Below, piece after piece: positions 27,985 to 45,679 of a stretch of 64,000 nt of DNA. The DNA is from Octopus vulgaris. Taxonomy: Eukaryota. Every line of letters begins with the position of its first letter. The stretch's first letter is position 1. The stretch spans positions 126,418,001 through 126,482,000 of the forward strand of contig OX597818.1 in NCBI GenBank assembly GCA_951406725.2, written 5' to 3'. A model generated the notes under the pieces. The model did no database searches, was not told the DNA's origin, and saw only the letters and a program-made list of their open reading frames with translations. A program made the translations under genes and the position numbers.

Positions 27985-28001
27985 TACATATATACATTCA
28001 T

Positions 28002-28330
28002 AGGGTTCTCAGAACCAGAGAGAAAAAAGCTAACTAAATGTCTACAGATACAAGGTATCAGTGGAACTGTCAAAATATGTAAAACCTTTTAAAAAGTTTA
28101 TTATGTAAGTACGTATGCACGTGCAACTATATGTATGATTATACATGCGAAAAACAAACCGTTCACATCTGCGCACGTCCGAAGTCCAAACACTCGAACA
28201 TATATCTTCGTACATGCTCAACAACTCTCTTGTTATTGTTGAAATTCCAATGAAGGGGCTCTGGATTTGGGTTAGAAACGAGTGCTTTTCTACATTGGCA
28301 AGAAATCTAGAAGTGAAACTAAATACTAAT
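28002..28330 (+). mobile_element. R4/Dong-like LINE 3' fragment
   Basis: Reads GFSEPERKKLTKCLQIQGISGTVKICKTF, plus the 3' UTR motif ATTGGCAAGAAATCT shared with the 50280 copy. Confidence 0.75.
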
Positions 28331-28368
28331 ACACACATGTTTATATATACGTTCATATATAGACAAAC

Positions 28369-28408
<40 letters not shown>

Positions 28409-29170
28409 GAGGAGGAGGAGGAGGAGAAAGAGAGAGTGATAATGCTTACTAAAGGAAGAGATAAAGAGAGATAAGTAAGAATTACAAGGAGCTGTACTAT
28501 GAAGGAAAGGGAAATTTTATCAGAGAAAAAAAATTGAAAACAAAGGATTGATATAAAAAATGTAAGGACATCAGATATAAAAAATAATGAGGAAAAACAA
28601 AGAATCAAAACAAAACTCGGTGAAACAATAACAACAATATGAGAAAAAATCCCTGACAAAGAAACCACCAAGAATTTAGTCTCTTATTGTCTGTTAATTG
28701 TTTTGTGATGTTTGCGGTAGTTATCCAAATTATTTACTTTCAGTTGGTTTCGCTAGTACACATCCGGTTCCATAGTTGTCTTTCAGATTAAATTTCTATA
28801 GCTTCCGTGACTTTTTAATTGTATATTCTGTTTATACAGACGCATATGTATAAACATATACATACGTACATACATACATACATACATACATACATACATA
28901 CATACATACATACATACATACATACATGCATGCATACATACATATATGCATGCATACATACATATATGCATGCATACATACATACATACATACATACATA
29001 CATACATACACACATACATGCATACATACATAAATACATACATACATACATACATACATACATACATACATGCATACATACATACATACATAAGTTATTA
29101 GCTTTATATTATCTTGCCATAAATATTTTTTCATAAAGGGTGAGGGATTCTGAAAGAGAAATTTAAACGT

Positions 29171-29212
<42 letters not shown>

Positions 29213-29221
29213 ACACATACA

Positions 29222-29254
<33 letters not shown>

Positions 29255-29397
29255 ACACACACACACACACAATGGAAAACTAACATTCGTCTTCCAAGTG
29301 ATGTGTAGGAACATGAGCATGTATATATATATAAGTATGTATATACATACACAAACATATATGTGCGAATAATATATATATATATGTATTATTTGTG

Positions 29398-29493
<96 letters not shown>

Positions 29494-30278
29494 TATATAG
29501 GCATTATTAAATCTCAGAGTGAGATGTAAACAGTAACCGCTTTTATACTTTACGTTTCATATATATATATATATATATACATGTATATATACATATATAC
29601 ATATATATATACATCTATACATAAATATTTATGAGAAAGCCATGTGCTTTATTCAATGCGGTAACAATGACTGCGAGGCACCTGCGCGTTTATTTTATAT
29701 AATTCACACACTTTTATTGAATTAAATGCAAAAACAAAGTGATAATTAGGAATGATATAAATATAAACAAAACACTTGGATACATGTTGTTGCGACTGAT
29801 GATACAGAAAAATATAAATGCAAACTAATGACGATATTTCTATAACCACAGAGTAACCATTCTCTAATATTTTGAAGTCGGGGCCGATTAGAAATTAATT
29901 GAAAAGGAGTGGCGCGCTCCTTATGAAAAGTTAAAAAAAACAAAACAAAACAAAATGAGGTTTAGGCATGAATGTGTGGTGAAGGAGTTCAATTTGCAAC
30001 CATGTGATTTCAGTTTCACGGACAACTTGGGCACGTATCTTCTACAATAGGCATGATTGATGAATGCCTTACGAGTGAATTTGGAAGACGGAAACGCATC
30101 ATATATATATATATATATATATAATACAAAATGGGACAAGAACGCAAAGCATCTAGACAGGTGATACAAAAAAAAGGGGCGATACAAAGAAAAATAAGGA
30201 TGGGTCATTCGGAGTTTTCTTTCCTCAGTCGAGTTCCAGATTATCTTTGCAATTTCGGCTATATATATCTATATGTAT

Positions 30279-30655
30279 ACTCTTTTACTTGTCTCAGTCA
30301 TTTGACTGCGGCCATGCTGGAGCACCGCCTTTAGTCGAGCAAATCGACCCCGGGACTTATTCTTTGTAAGCCCAGTACTTATTCTATCGGTCACCTTTGG
30401 CGAACCGCTAAGTGACGGGGGCGTAAACACACCAGCATCGGTTGTCAAACAATGCTAGGGGGACAAACACAGACACACAAACACACAAACATATATACAT
30501 ATACATATATACGACAGGCTTCTTTCTGTTTCCGTCTACCAAATTCACTCACAAGGCATTGGTTGGCCCGGGGCTATAGCAGAAGACACTTGCCCAAGAT
30601 GCCACGCAGTGGGACTGAACCCGGAACCATGTGGTTGGTTAGCACTCCTGCGCCT
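30279..30655 (-). mobile_element. SINE family C, near full length
   Basis: Reverse complement of the 24869-25250 family. Confidence 0.85.
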
Positions 30656-30662
30656 ATATATA

Positions 30663-32926
30663 TTAGTTAGTTGGTTAGTTAGTTAGTTAATTTGGCTCAA
30701 AAGCAAATAGCAAGGCCATGTAGGGGGACATGGAGTTAAGTACAGGGTGGTGTTCATGTAAAGAGTTCAGGCCACTTGAGGTCCAGGGAGGCTTTGAACA
30801 AAGCGGTCGTCGGCATCTTCACCATCTCGTCTGGCAGCTTGTTCCACGGATCCGCAACCCGGACGGAGAAAGCTCCTCTCCTTCGATTGAGATGAAATCG
30901 TCGCAGGTAGAGCTTTTCGGAATGACCCCGCAGCCGACGCTCCGGAGCAGGAGTGAAGAACAGCTCTTTCGAGAGGTTACACTTCCCGCTTATGATGTTG
31001 TGGGCGAGAATGAGATCACCACGGCGGCGGCGTTTTTCAAGAGAATAAAGGTCGAGCGTCCTCAGCCTTTCTTCGTAGGACAAATTTTTGAGACCATGAA
31101 CCATGCGGGTAGCCAGCCTCTGGACTCTTTCGAGATGCTGTATGTCTTTGAGGAGATAAGGAGAAGAGGCTTGAATCCCATACTCCAATATGGGTCTCAC
31201 CAGCGTAACATAGAGTGGCAGGTATATGGCTGCTGTGAGCATTCCGAATGACCGTCGAATCAAAAACAGAATTCCGCGCGCTTTGTTGGCAGCATGGACG
31301 CACTGGGCCGAAGGCGAAAAGGAGGAATCCATCAAGATACCCAGGTCCTTTACCTGATCGGTCCTCTCCAGCAGCAGACGACCCGGCTCGAAATCAAGTT
31401 GAGTTGCAGGAGTAGAGCCGACAGGCAGATGACAGCACTTTGACACGTTCAGACACAGGTCCCAATCGTTAGACCACTTCCAAATTTGGTGGAGGCATCG
31501 ACGAAGATCCTCTATACTACCGCGAGGAGCGACCAGTTTGATATCGTCGGCAAATAGAAGGGTGTGTTGCGTGAGGTCGTCGGGCAAGTCATTTATGGAG
31601 ACTAAGAACAACAAGGGCCCAAGCACTGAACCTTGAGGCACGCCACTGCTCGCACTGGAGACGTCGGACCGCGAATCATTAACTTGAACTTGGAAGGAGC
31701 GATCTGAGAGGAAGGCACCAACCCATCGTACAATATCCGGATGGAAACTATATGCTTGAAGCTTGACAAGTAGTAGGCGGTGGTTTACCGAGTCAAAAGC
31801 TTTGGCAAAGTCCAATAAAACGATGTCAACAGCATCACTATCATCGAGGATGCGCGTCACCAATTCTTCCATTACTAGTAAGTTGGTCAAGCATGATCTC
31901 TTCGGCACGAAGCCGTGTTGGGAATCAGTGATCGAGGCTGTGTTTAGGAGGTGGAGCATCATACTTTTCTTAAGGATGGTTTCGAACATCTTGCTGATTA
32001 TTGATGTAAGGGAAACCGGTCGGTAGTTAAGCGGGTCTTCGCGGCTCCCTTTCTTGAAAATTGGGCACATTATCGCTGTTCTCCAGTCTGCAGGTATAAC
32101 ACCCGTCGCCAATGACATATTGAATAGTCGTGTTAAGGGCTCGCAGATGGCCGGAGCCAACGCTTTGATAACCCGTGGGTGTATGCCGTCAGGGCCGTGA
32201 CCCTTGTTGACATCGAGGCCTTGAATAACACGTTTGACTTCGTCCCGCGTGATGATCAATCGAAGCATTGGAGGTACCGATCTATCAAATGGAGGGGGTT
32301 CACGACCATCATCTTGTTTGAAAATAGTTGAAAAAGCCTCGGCAAATAATTGACTCTGTTGATAAGGGTCCTCAATTGATACGCCTGTTGAGTCTACCAA
32401 CGTTGCAATCTGGTTGTTCAAGCGGGAATTCCGCTGGACATGGGCAAAGAAGGTTTTTGGATTGCTACTGGCATTTGCCGCGATTTTGTATTCATAACTG
32501 AAGCGTTCTTTCTTTTCAATTTTCACGGCTCGGTCTCGTTGAGTTTTGTACACCTCAAAAGCTGCAGTCGAATCCAGATTTTTGAATTCAGCCCAAGCAA
32601 TATCTCTGAGTCGACGTTCTCGTTTAGCCTTCTTCGTCACCCAGGGCTTGTGTTTCTTCCTCTTGGGAAGCCCAACGGGAACTGCCTGGTCAGTCAAACA
32701 GATTACATATGCTTTGAGGGATGACCATAGTTCGTCAACTGAGGACAACGTCATCAGGGATCGCCAGTCCAGAAGCGCGGAAGCCTCGGTTAGAATTTCA
32801 AGATTAATTGCAGAGAAGACTCTACGTGGCAGCGAAGTAATCGTGGGCGTGGAAAAAGTTGTGTGCATGACGAACTTCAGGACCGCATGATCACTCTTGG
32901 CAAGAGGGGCGCACACAGATACGTCT

Positions 32927-32931
<5 letters not shown>
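30663..32931 (-). mobile_element. 5'-truncated CR1/L2-group LINE with short 3' UTR and (TAAC)n tail
   Basis: Contains the 725-aa RT ORF. 3' UTR of about 70 bp ends in TAACTAACTAACCAACTAACTAA. Both ends abut (TA)n. Confidence 0.9.
30754..32931 (-). CDS. LINE ORF2 (end of APE endonuclease plus reverse transcriptase), N-terminally truncated
   Basis: SDH (APE C-terminus), GPDGIHP, NYRPVSLTS, QHGF, DFAKAFD, SGVPQGSVLGPLLF, FADD, KDLG, RPILEYG, LERVQR, RRRRGDLI, LRGH. No stops. The Met arises at the (TA)n junction. Confidence 0.92.
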
Positions 32932-32984
<53 letters not shown>

Positions 32985-33484
32985 CATAATAAAGGGCAAA
33001 ATTAATTAATCAATTTATATTTAATAATCTTACCAAGTAGTCCGGTATGTTAAGAGAAACATTAACGATAAACTTATACAAGAATTTTATAATTATAAAC
33101 ATAATTATAATTAGAGTTTAGCAAAATTGCTTCACCACCTACCGAAATTTAGAAATAGCAGTTAAATACTATTCCACTACCATAAGGGATCTCACAGACA
33201 GCAATTTTGCTATTATGATTATAATTATAAATTTTTTTTTCTGCATATGTATATATATATATATATATATGTGAATGTATGTATGTATGTATGTATGTAT
33301 GTATGTATGTATGCATGTATAAATATATGTATGTGTATATATATATGTATGTATGTATAAATATATATATATATATACATACACATATATATATACATAC
33401 ACATATATGTACATATATATATATATATATATATATCTGTGTGTGTGTGTGTGTGTGTGTAAAATACAAATGAGTGACAAATAT

Positions 33485-33850
33485 GTATAAGTGTAAATTC
33501 ATTACATCCGTTTTGAGCGACTCCTTTAATTGATCAATGAAATCATTACATCATTACAAATAAAACCATTCTCATTAAATGACCGCATAGACCTCAAGCA
33601 TAAAGGAGAAGTTACATATTTAAACATATTCATATCATCAATAGATAGCCCCCAAAATTTAGAGAGCGAAATCATTGTAAATGTTTGTTCTCTATTGATG
33701 ATATGAATATGTTTAAATATCTAACTTGTCTATTATGCTTGAGGTCTATGCGGTGTTCTCCTGAGAACGGTTTTCTTTGTAATGATGAAATGCTTTCATT
33801 GATCAATTAACGGAGTCACTCGAAACGGCCGTAATGAATTTATACTTATA
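33485..33850. repeat. Long imperfect inverted repeat (arms about 160 bp)
   Basis: AAATTCATTAC...ACCGCATAGACCTCAAGCATAA...CATATTCATATCATCAATAGA is mirrored by TCTATTGATGATATGAATATG...TTATGCTTGAGGTCTATGCGGT...GTAATGAATTT. Confidence 0.85.
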
Positions 33851-34329
33851 GATTTTTGCGAGTCATTTATATTTTATTCTCCTACTATGGAATCTGCACT
33901 TTGGAAATATTTGGTAAGTATCTTTATGTAAAGTACATGTGTGAACAAACAAGAGCGGATTTATTCACTAAGTTTGATTGTGCCATTTGCATACACTGCA
34001 TGAATGTCGGGTGGAAAAGAATTCTATGTAGAGTTTGATACTCACTTAATATTGTTGAAGTGTGCAAATAATATCGTCCCAACAAGATGCCTCAATTTAA
34101 GTACCTAATTCAAATGAATCTAAATTCTATTTTTTTTATATATAATTGTGTGTGTGTATATATATATAAAGTTTTTATTCTCTATCTGTTTATTTCCTCA
34201 TGCTCCTTTCGTTGAAGAGCGTAGGCTCGAAACGTGAAGGACTTTCTCACCTTCCCGAGAGTCAAACTAATTTACCTGCTTGTTGTTTATACACCTGTCT
34301 CCGTCTTTTGTTTTTCTGTAAATTTGAAC

Positions 34330-34385
<56 letters not shown>

Positions 34386-34739
34386 AAAACGTGTACTCCA
34401 ACAGTTACGACGACGAGAGTTCCAGTTGATCCGATCAATGGAACAGCTTGCTCGTGAAATTAACGTGAATTAACTTGCCGTCTACACACAGAGGGGACAA
34501 ACAAGGACACACAAACGGATTAAGTCGATAATGTTTGTTTCATAACAAGTCATAATAATTTCTACAAATAGATACAATGCTTGAAATTTTGGAGGAGGAG
34601 TCTAATCGATTTTATCGAGCCCACTACTTGACTGGTAATTAATTTGTCGAGCCTGATAGAATGAAATACAAAGTCAACTACGGTTGACGAAATGCCACAA
34701 AGCATTTATATTTCGTAATAACGATTCTTTTGTACTTTA

Positions 34740-34941
34740 GGCACAAGGCTAGAAATTTCTGAGGAGGGGGCCAGTTGATTAGATCGACCCCAATACAGAT
34801 CAGGTACTTAATTCATCGATTTCGAAAGGGATGAAAGGCAAAGTCGACCTCGGCGGAATTTGAACTCAGAACGTAACGGTAGACGAAATACGACTACGCA
34901 TTTGGCCCGGCGTGCTAACGTTTCTGCCAGCTCGCCGCCTT
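34740..34941 (-). mobile_element. SINE family B (second, more decayed copy immediately upstream at about 34560-34730)
   Basis: Ends ...CGTGCTAACGTTTCTGCCAGCTCGCCGCCTTA, the reverse complement of the family B head. Confidence 0.85.
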
Positions 34942-35188
34942 ATGATGAGTTAAAATGATAAAAAAACAATTTTACATTAAACTGAAGAATTACTCAATAC
35001 TTTTTAAAGTGTACAGAATTTTTATACTTTTATATTAAAAGCGGTGAGTAGAACCGAAATTTCGGCGTACCGGCTTATGAAGGGCAATATATATATATAT
35101 ATATATATTCGATGCCTCCGAGGTTTGTTTGTAAAATTTTGTCGCATTCCAAAAGCTGTTATTATTTAGAACTAAATTTGTTCTCACT

Positions 35189-35260
35189 GGACCGTTTATC
35201 TTAATGGTAGAGTACTCAGCCGGTATCTGAAGGGCGTGGGTTCGAATCCAAGTAGCCGTC
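35189..35260 (+). pseudogene. Degenerate tRNA-like sequence (anticodon GGT) or isolated SINE head
   Basis: TCTTAATGGTAGAG A-box-like; CTCAG-CCGGTAT-CTGAA anticodon-like arm; GGGTTCGAATCC B box; acceptor stem poor. Confidence 0.4.
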
Positions 35261-36727
35261 TGCTGACAAACCGTGTTTTCCTTTTTCTATTTTCTAAGGA
35301 TAAACTACCCAATTTTTCTGCTATTTTCACGGCTATACTGTGTTCGAAATTTACATAGATCCTCTCAAGACAAATAACGCTGTATCAAGATGGTGATCAA
35401 GATTTTCTGTTTTGGTATTAATACTGCTGCGCGAGCCGGTGTCTGCAAATGTTTTAGTTTTATGGAAATTACCAAAGAAGACATGCACATATTTAACGTA
35501 ATTACATTGAACCTTGGTGCACATAAGTCATGTTTCTACTCACTGACAACTCAATTTTCTATCCCTATTTTCATCCAGATAAAGGATATTTTGAAAAACG
35601 TGTTTCAAACATAAATATTGTACCTGGTTTAAATATGTATTTCCAAAGAAAAAAAAACAATTCTTTTTAAGCACCCAATTACTCACTCGATACTTTCTGG
35701 AACACCTTAAAACAATGCTGCATCTTAGGTTTAAGAACCGGTATAATAGAGCAATGCCCTCAACCGGAAACAAGTGTAGAAATATGCTCTACGATCGGAA
35801 CTTAATATCCTTGTCTTCTGTCTTTCCTTACTATGTTTCACATTTACACATTCACGCATAGAAACCTGAACATTCATGTTTTAAGATATATTTATCCATG
35901 TGTGTATGAATTAGAAGCCAAAGTATTTGTCCTGCTTGTTCGCCGGTGGGCTACAAATAGCGCAGTAGAGATGACTTTCTCAAAGCGCCGAGTATTAAAA
36001 CACCTGAAATTCATAGACAGTTGAGACAACTCGCCCCAAATCCTATTCTGGAGCGATGGACATCAATTTTTTGCCTTTTGTGTGGCTTATCAACATCACG
36101 TACACGGATACGAGTTAATGCCCACGACGATGGTATATATGCATACATGCATTTATGTATGTATGTATGTATGCATGCATGTATTTATGTATGTATCTAT
36201 ATATGCATGTGTATACGCTTCTATTTCTACGCACATTTGAACCAATATGTATGCGATGACTAGTGGTGCGTCGTTTAGACAAATATTTAGAACAACTGAG
36301 ACGTACATATTCTTTCATGAGAAACCAAGACCAAAACAGCTTCCTATCAATCATCTCCCGGCACAAAACATACACAAGTTTTCTTGTGGCATTCCCAATC
36401 CAATTTAGGTAGATTGTTACTATCTGAGAAATTCTAATGACAGAAATTCTAGTATATATATACATAAATTCTTGCATAGTTGTGGAAGCAGACGTACATG
36501 CATACATACACACATGATATGTATATTGTTTTAATCCTAATGATGCATTTACTCGTTATCACGGTTTCTGAAACAATATTTGTGCAAATAAACAAAAGTT
36601 TACTACTAAATATATAAATGTGTTTAGAACATTTCTTCCGTTTCAACATCCAATATACATACATGTATACATATATCTCTGTCACTGTGTATCTGTATGT
36701 ATGTATGTATGTATGTATGTATGTATG

Positions 36728-36821
<94 letters not shown>

Positions 36822-36833
36822 TATATCACACAC

Positions 36834-36921
<88 letters not shown>

Positions 36922-37459
36922 TATATATACATATATACATGTATTAATATGCGTTTATAGGCACATGTAAATATACACGACTATATTAACAAACCTTTGA
37001 CTTGTGTGTACATGCGAATGTGTGTATGTTTAGTGTACAGACACGTACACGCGCAGACACGCATAAATACATGCACATACAAACCTGTATCACATTTGAG
37101 ATGCCAAGAATTTCCACTTTAATACCACACAAACTCACACACATGCACACACACACGTACCCTATGTCGCTTGATTGTAACACATACGTACACATATACG
37201 TTTAAACCTGGCCTTCAGCGACGAAATGAGTTGAAGACGATCCACTGTGAAACGCCTGCCTCCTCGGTATGTTTTTACTATATTACTATGGCAAACAAGT
37301 TAGAATCCATTAGTGGAAAGCCCAACAGCGTTAAGGAGACAGCTATTATTTTCCTTCTTCTATGAAGGTGGTGGTAAGTTAGGGCATAAGGATAAGAAAG
37401 GGAACATCTGATGTAAATGCTCATTTGGGTAAAACGACAAAAAGGAAAACAAAACAAAA

Positions 37460-37517
<58 letters not shown>

Positions 37518-37932
37518 ATATAATTAAATATGAAAAGCCACAATAACAATAACAACAACATCAACAAAAATAAAAGGAGTAATGTAAAAATAAGAGTCGG
37601 ATCCCTAAGGAGATGGGTTGTGTAAACAATGTTGGAATTCATACGTCTTGGTAGTTCGGTAGAAATTACAGCAACTCCTATTGCGCACCATGTCGCTCAT
37701 TTACTCCCCAGGAGTAAAGTAAATAACAGGGATGATCATCAATGTTTTCCAGAGTTACGTTGTTGTTCTTGTTCTTCTTGTCGCTGTTTTTTAGCCCAAG
37801 GTAAGCGGTGATCGAGCATGCATGTTATTAAATGGATTTCCAGTCGTGACCAACTCGTCTTTATCCTAAATTTGTTTTTTTTTAGATATATATTTCTTTA
37901 TTACCCACAAGGGGCTAAACACAAAGGGGATA

Positions 37933-38269
37933 ATCAACGGAACAGCCTGTTCGTGAAATTAACGTGTAAATGGCTGAGCACTCCACAGACACGTGTACCC
38001 TTAACGTAGTTCTCGGGGATATTCAGCGTGACACAGAGTGTGACAAGGCTGGCCCTTTGAAATACAGGTATAACAGAAACAGGAAGTAAGAGTGAGAGAA
38101 AGTTGTGGTGAAAGAGTACAGCATGGATCACCACCATCCCTGCCGGAGCGTCGTGGAGCTTTAGGTGTTTTCGCTCAATAAACACTCACAACGCCCGGTC
38201 TGGGAATCGAAACCGCGATCCTACGACCGCGAGTCCGCTGCCCTAACCACTGGGCCATTGCGCCTCCAC
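37933..38269 (-). mobile_element. tRNA-derived SINE, family A
   Basis: Highly similar to 1-275; tRNA-like head GTGGAGGCGCAATGGCCCAGTGGTTAGGG...GGTTTCGATTCCC. Confidence 0.88.
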
Positions 38270-40149
38270 TAACATCACATTATTCAATACATTACTTTAT
38301 TTTTTTTTTCAGTTATAAAACTGTGGAGTGTAATTTTAGAGAAATTTGGCTGTTAGTTCTAGCAGGTCAAGTGACGAGTTAGTGCATAATGGTGGTCGTA
38401 ACAAATGAAATAGGATGTAAATTTGAGGGATGTAAATTTATTTAGAGGGAAGTGATAAGGTGTATGAGCGTAACAGCAGCAATTCAACACCACATCATAT
38501 TACCGGGTCAGAACAGGGATAAGGAAAGGTAGGGGAACTCGCTGTCATGGGTATACAACTTGTGTTACAGACAAAGGGAAGTACCCGTGGGTAAATAATT
38601 ACCTTTATCACGAACCGTTCTAGATCTTTTATTGTGCTCCGGTTTATGTAAATGCATCATGTGCACATCATGTATATGCAGTTTACTTGTAAAATACATG
38701 TCGTGCGGTCTGCTAGAAATGGCAGCTTAACCTACCCCAAATCCCACTATATAGTTTTAAAAAGTGGAAGGATACATTAGATAATATAGTTTTATATTCT
38801 CCGTATCCAACTCTCTCTCACGAAAATGTCGAGATGATCACTGTTGGAATATAGATCCGTTGGATGATAGATCTATTCAAACAGGGTTGACCAAGCGCTA
38901 AAATAGCATAAATAAATAAATAAATGATTAAATTAATCTATTAATTAATTCTCGTACTTATCAGTACCATGGTGTTGATTTGGCAGAGTCGTTACAGCCT
39001 TGTTTTATTTGTTCCGGTTATATGAGTCTGAGTTCAAATTCTGCCTCGGTCAACTTTGTCACTCATTTCTTTAAGCTTGATAAATGAAGTGCCAGTCAAA
39101 GTCGTGGAGTTGTGCAATATTAGAGTATCGAAGAGAATATCTTATATTATATATTCCGCCTCTGTGCATTCTGAGCTCATATCCCGACTCCTGATCAAAA
39201 CAGAACACGACGTGAGTCTTGTAATGCCCAAGTATTCCAGCGGATCATTCTCAACGCCAATAAACCAACTGGAAACACGTAATGCATTCACTGAGTACCA
39301 CACCACTAGAGACTCTACAGTACCTTACAATTCTGAATTACAATAACAACTCATGCACAACACTCTATGCACCACCATAATATGCTTTTCGACCCTCACT
39401 CTCCATTCTCACCACCAAAACAGTCAAGATGTGGACTCAAACTGGAAAGTTGTCCTGGAGCCTGGCAGATCAAGAGGCCTAATTATAATTTGGGTATGCT
39501 ATGGGTGTGCTTATAAGATCCCCTAGTGCATTGCCTTACTTTGGGGGTCTATACTGTTTGTGAGACAGCCTCACCCATCACCACCACCACCACCACCAGC
39601 ATAAGAATCAATGAAGAAACCTCTGCCTTAATGGTTATCTCTATACCTTTTGGTTTGATGTATTTCGCCATCTCACTATCCAGACCCGGACTAATCATTA
39701 AAAAAAAACCTTGTGCTTAGGGCATAGAGAGATGAGTTATTTCGGTTTCAAGTGTTGGATTTACCTACGTACGAATAGTAAATTAGAATTTTTAAATATG
39801 TAGAACATTATTCTAATAATAACTAAATTATTTGCTTATCCTACTTATTGCTATTTCAGTTTATATATAAAAAATATTAACAAAACAAACTTTATTTCAT
39901 ATAATTTCGAGCTTTGATATGATGATCTGTTGGGTGATGTTGGTGGAAGTCGTGAAAGATAATTCAAACGTATGGCATAATGTGATGTGCAGTTGTATAT
40001 TACTACGTCGTAGCGATGTTGTTGCTATATTGCTCTCATTAAGTTGATCTATCATCAAAAGCACTCCAACCGCGAACATCCTGTATACTTTCAAATAATA
40101 TGCCTCTGACTACCTATCTAATGTCATGATTAATACTGAATAATAAAAA

Positions 40150-42910
<2,761 letters not shown>

Positions 42911-43198
42911 TATTTATATATTAAATCCTTAACGAAATGTTGTACTTCGTAAAGTAATATTTAATTAATAAGCCATAGGCCAAGCAGACTGACGATTTCA
43001 TAAAAGAATAAAAGAGTGTCACACATGATAATCACCAGCTAAAAATTCTTAGAAACTTTCAAATAAACAGATACAAATTATGGTAATTCTATGCTTAAAT
43101 TTTAAACTTCTCCTTCTGCCTCGAACTATGAAATGATTTCCTCCCTCGTAATAGTTGCAATCACTAAAAAACCACCGTTAAATCTCATACTGGAATAA

Positions 43199-43576
43199 TT
43201 TTTACTACCTCCGTCTTCACGAAGGCGGAGGTACTGTTTTTCAGTCGCGATTGCTTGTCTGTTTGACCGTCGACAAGATATCTCAAAATGCACAGAATGG
43301 ATTCGGATGAAGCTTTCAGGGATGTTTGGCTTCGTGACTGGCACGAGCTAATTAGATTTTGGGATCGATCCGGTACCGGACAAGGATTCTGGATTATATT
43401 TCCTGTTTTTTTACATAATTTTTGAGAGCAGTCAGGTTCATTTTTAGTATTCACGCTTGTGAGAGCAGTCGAGTTTATTTCAGATATTCTCATTTTAAAA
43501 AATCATCTCTGGCTAATCGCTGAGAGAACGTTAGTGTTACCTTGGCGGAGGTTTGCACTATCTGAGTGCTCTTGTT
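43199..43576 (+). mobile_element. Helentron-associated non-autonomous element (HINE/DINE-1-like)
   Basis: 5' ACCTCCGTC..GGCGGAGGT hairpin/sub-TIR, a TGTCTGTTTG tract, a 3' GGCGGAGGT sub-TIR followed by a GCACT..AGTGC hairpin; T-rich flanks. Confidence 0.7.
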
Positions 43577-44871
43577 CTTAATATATTCTTATTCAGTATG
43601 TAATAAGTAGGTTTAATCCCATGCAACTTTGAGAATTGAAGAATCTAGGAGGCATGACTTATGGATAAATTACATCACACAATTTCCAAAATGACATGAT
43701 GCAACACTATAGCATACTTAATCCATCTACGATCAAACCAGAATATTCAAAATAGAACATGAAAATGATTAGTATAACGATAGAAAAGAAATCCTCTTAT
43801 AAGACGTGGAAATGCAGATTACAAGGGTAGTTTCGCGAGTTTAAAGTCAGAGTTTCGCGCTTTTAAAGTCCATAATACTCTTTCTCTGGTTGCACCAGTG
43901 ATACAAATAACATCATTGAGGAGATGGACACACGAGGACAATACAGGAAAGACAACATAATAAATATAGGACGGAAATTTACGTGCAGAAACAAAACAGT
44001 AACACAATGTCTATGCATGCACACACACACACACATACGTAGGCACACACACACACACACACACACGTAGGCACACACATGCACACACACAGACACACGC
44101 ACGTATACACACACACACGTACACACACTTAGGCACACACATGCACATACATACACACACAAGTTCACACACTTGCACGCGCGCACACTCGTACACACAC
44201 ACACATATTTACATCGTACCACGTACCACACTACATTACGAGCCCACGATGATGCTTCTATCTGATCGCACGAGATGCTAGAAATAGCAACCAAATCCAC
44301 GCCACTGTCAAGATGTTTATGTTTGGATTGTCTTTCATCACATGTGTACTTAATAAGCGCAACACAACAACGACGATACAGCGTAGCAATATATAACAGA
44401 ATATCCCATTATGCCATACTTTAGAATTATTACACACGACTACCAACAAATCATACGAAATATCTATACCACTGACACACACACACACACACACACACAC
44501 AAATTCGTATCCTCTCACACAGTGCCATACACCAGCATGATAATCTATTATGTGGACAAGCTATGTTAATTACACGCCAAATGTGTGGCACCGACGGTCT
44601 TATGTTCATCTCGCTATCTTGTTATTCTCTGCCACAACCTAATCATATTAAGATTCCCTTTCTACACACCACCCATAACGAACGCCTATTTCGTATTTTA
44701 TTCTGTACACACACACACACACACAAATACATAAGTCTCTTTAAACATGTAAATGTACATGCGTGTGTGTGTATGTATATATACATATATATAAAGTTAA
44801 TCCAAACAAGAAAACACAAAAAAAACACAACAACGCGAGGACGTGGAACAAATATAGTATTATTGGACGCT

Positions 44872-44931
<60 letters not shown>

Positions 44932-45156
44932 GTATATACATGTACGTTTATAAATGTATTTTTGTGTCATCTTTCACGGAGAATATCAGCTGTTTAAAGC
45001 CAGTCTAGTTTTCACTATGACATACTTGTTTGCTTATCAATTAGCTGTCAACGCACGCGCGCACACACACATGCATACACACACACATACACACACATTC
45101 ACACAAATACTTTTGAGTGTATATACAATTATACAATGCATACATGCAAACATACA

Positions 45157-45214
<58 letters not shown>

Positions 45215-45532
45215 ACAAAATAATATATAAAACATATGCATATATACATACATATATGTACATACCTACATCTATATGTATATATACATGCATATATGGG
45301 TACAGGACACCCAAAAAACTTTGAACACGAGAAACAAAAACATGGAAAAACGAACCTTTTTTCAAACAACGAACAAAACAGAGTACAAGACTTACAACAC
45401 AAGGAATAGTCCCCTTCTTCGAAACAAAGAGGATAAGTTATCCTCTTTGTGATTTTGGTTAATAGAAAAATCTATACAAATGAATCCTTGGAATTTAACT
45501 AAATTCTATATTTTTATGCAGCTGAAGATTGC

Positions 45533-45617
<85 letters not shown>

Positions 45618-45679
45618 GGGTGAATACTTGATAAATGTAAGCACCTGTATATGCCAGCTAGTAGCATAGGTGATAGGAT

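Noticed and set aside
30730-32890. Plus-strand and alternate-frame ORFs overlapping the LINE
   Set aside because: Shadow ORFs of the GC-rich RT gene; no recognisable motifs.
36260-36610. Possible hAT transposase relic (LDW / KLV / MIDRK-like fragments, minus strand)
   Set aside because: Similarity is too fragmentary to call by eye.
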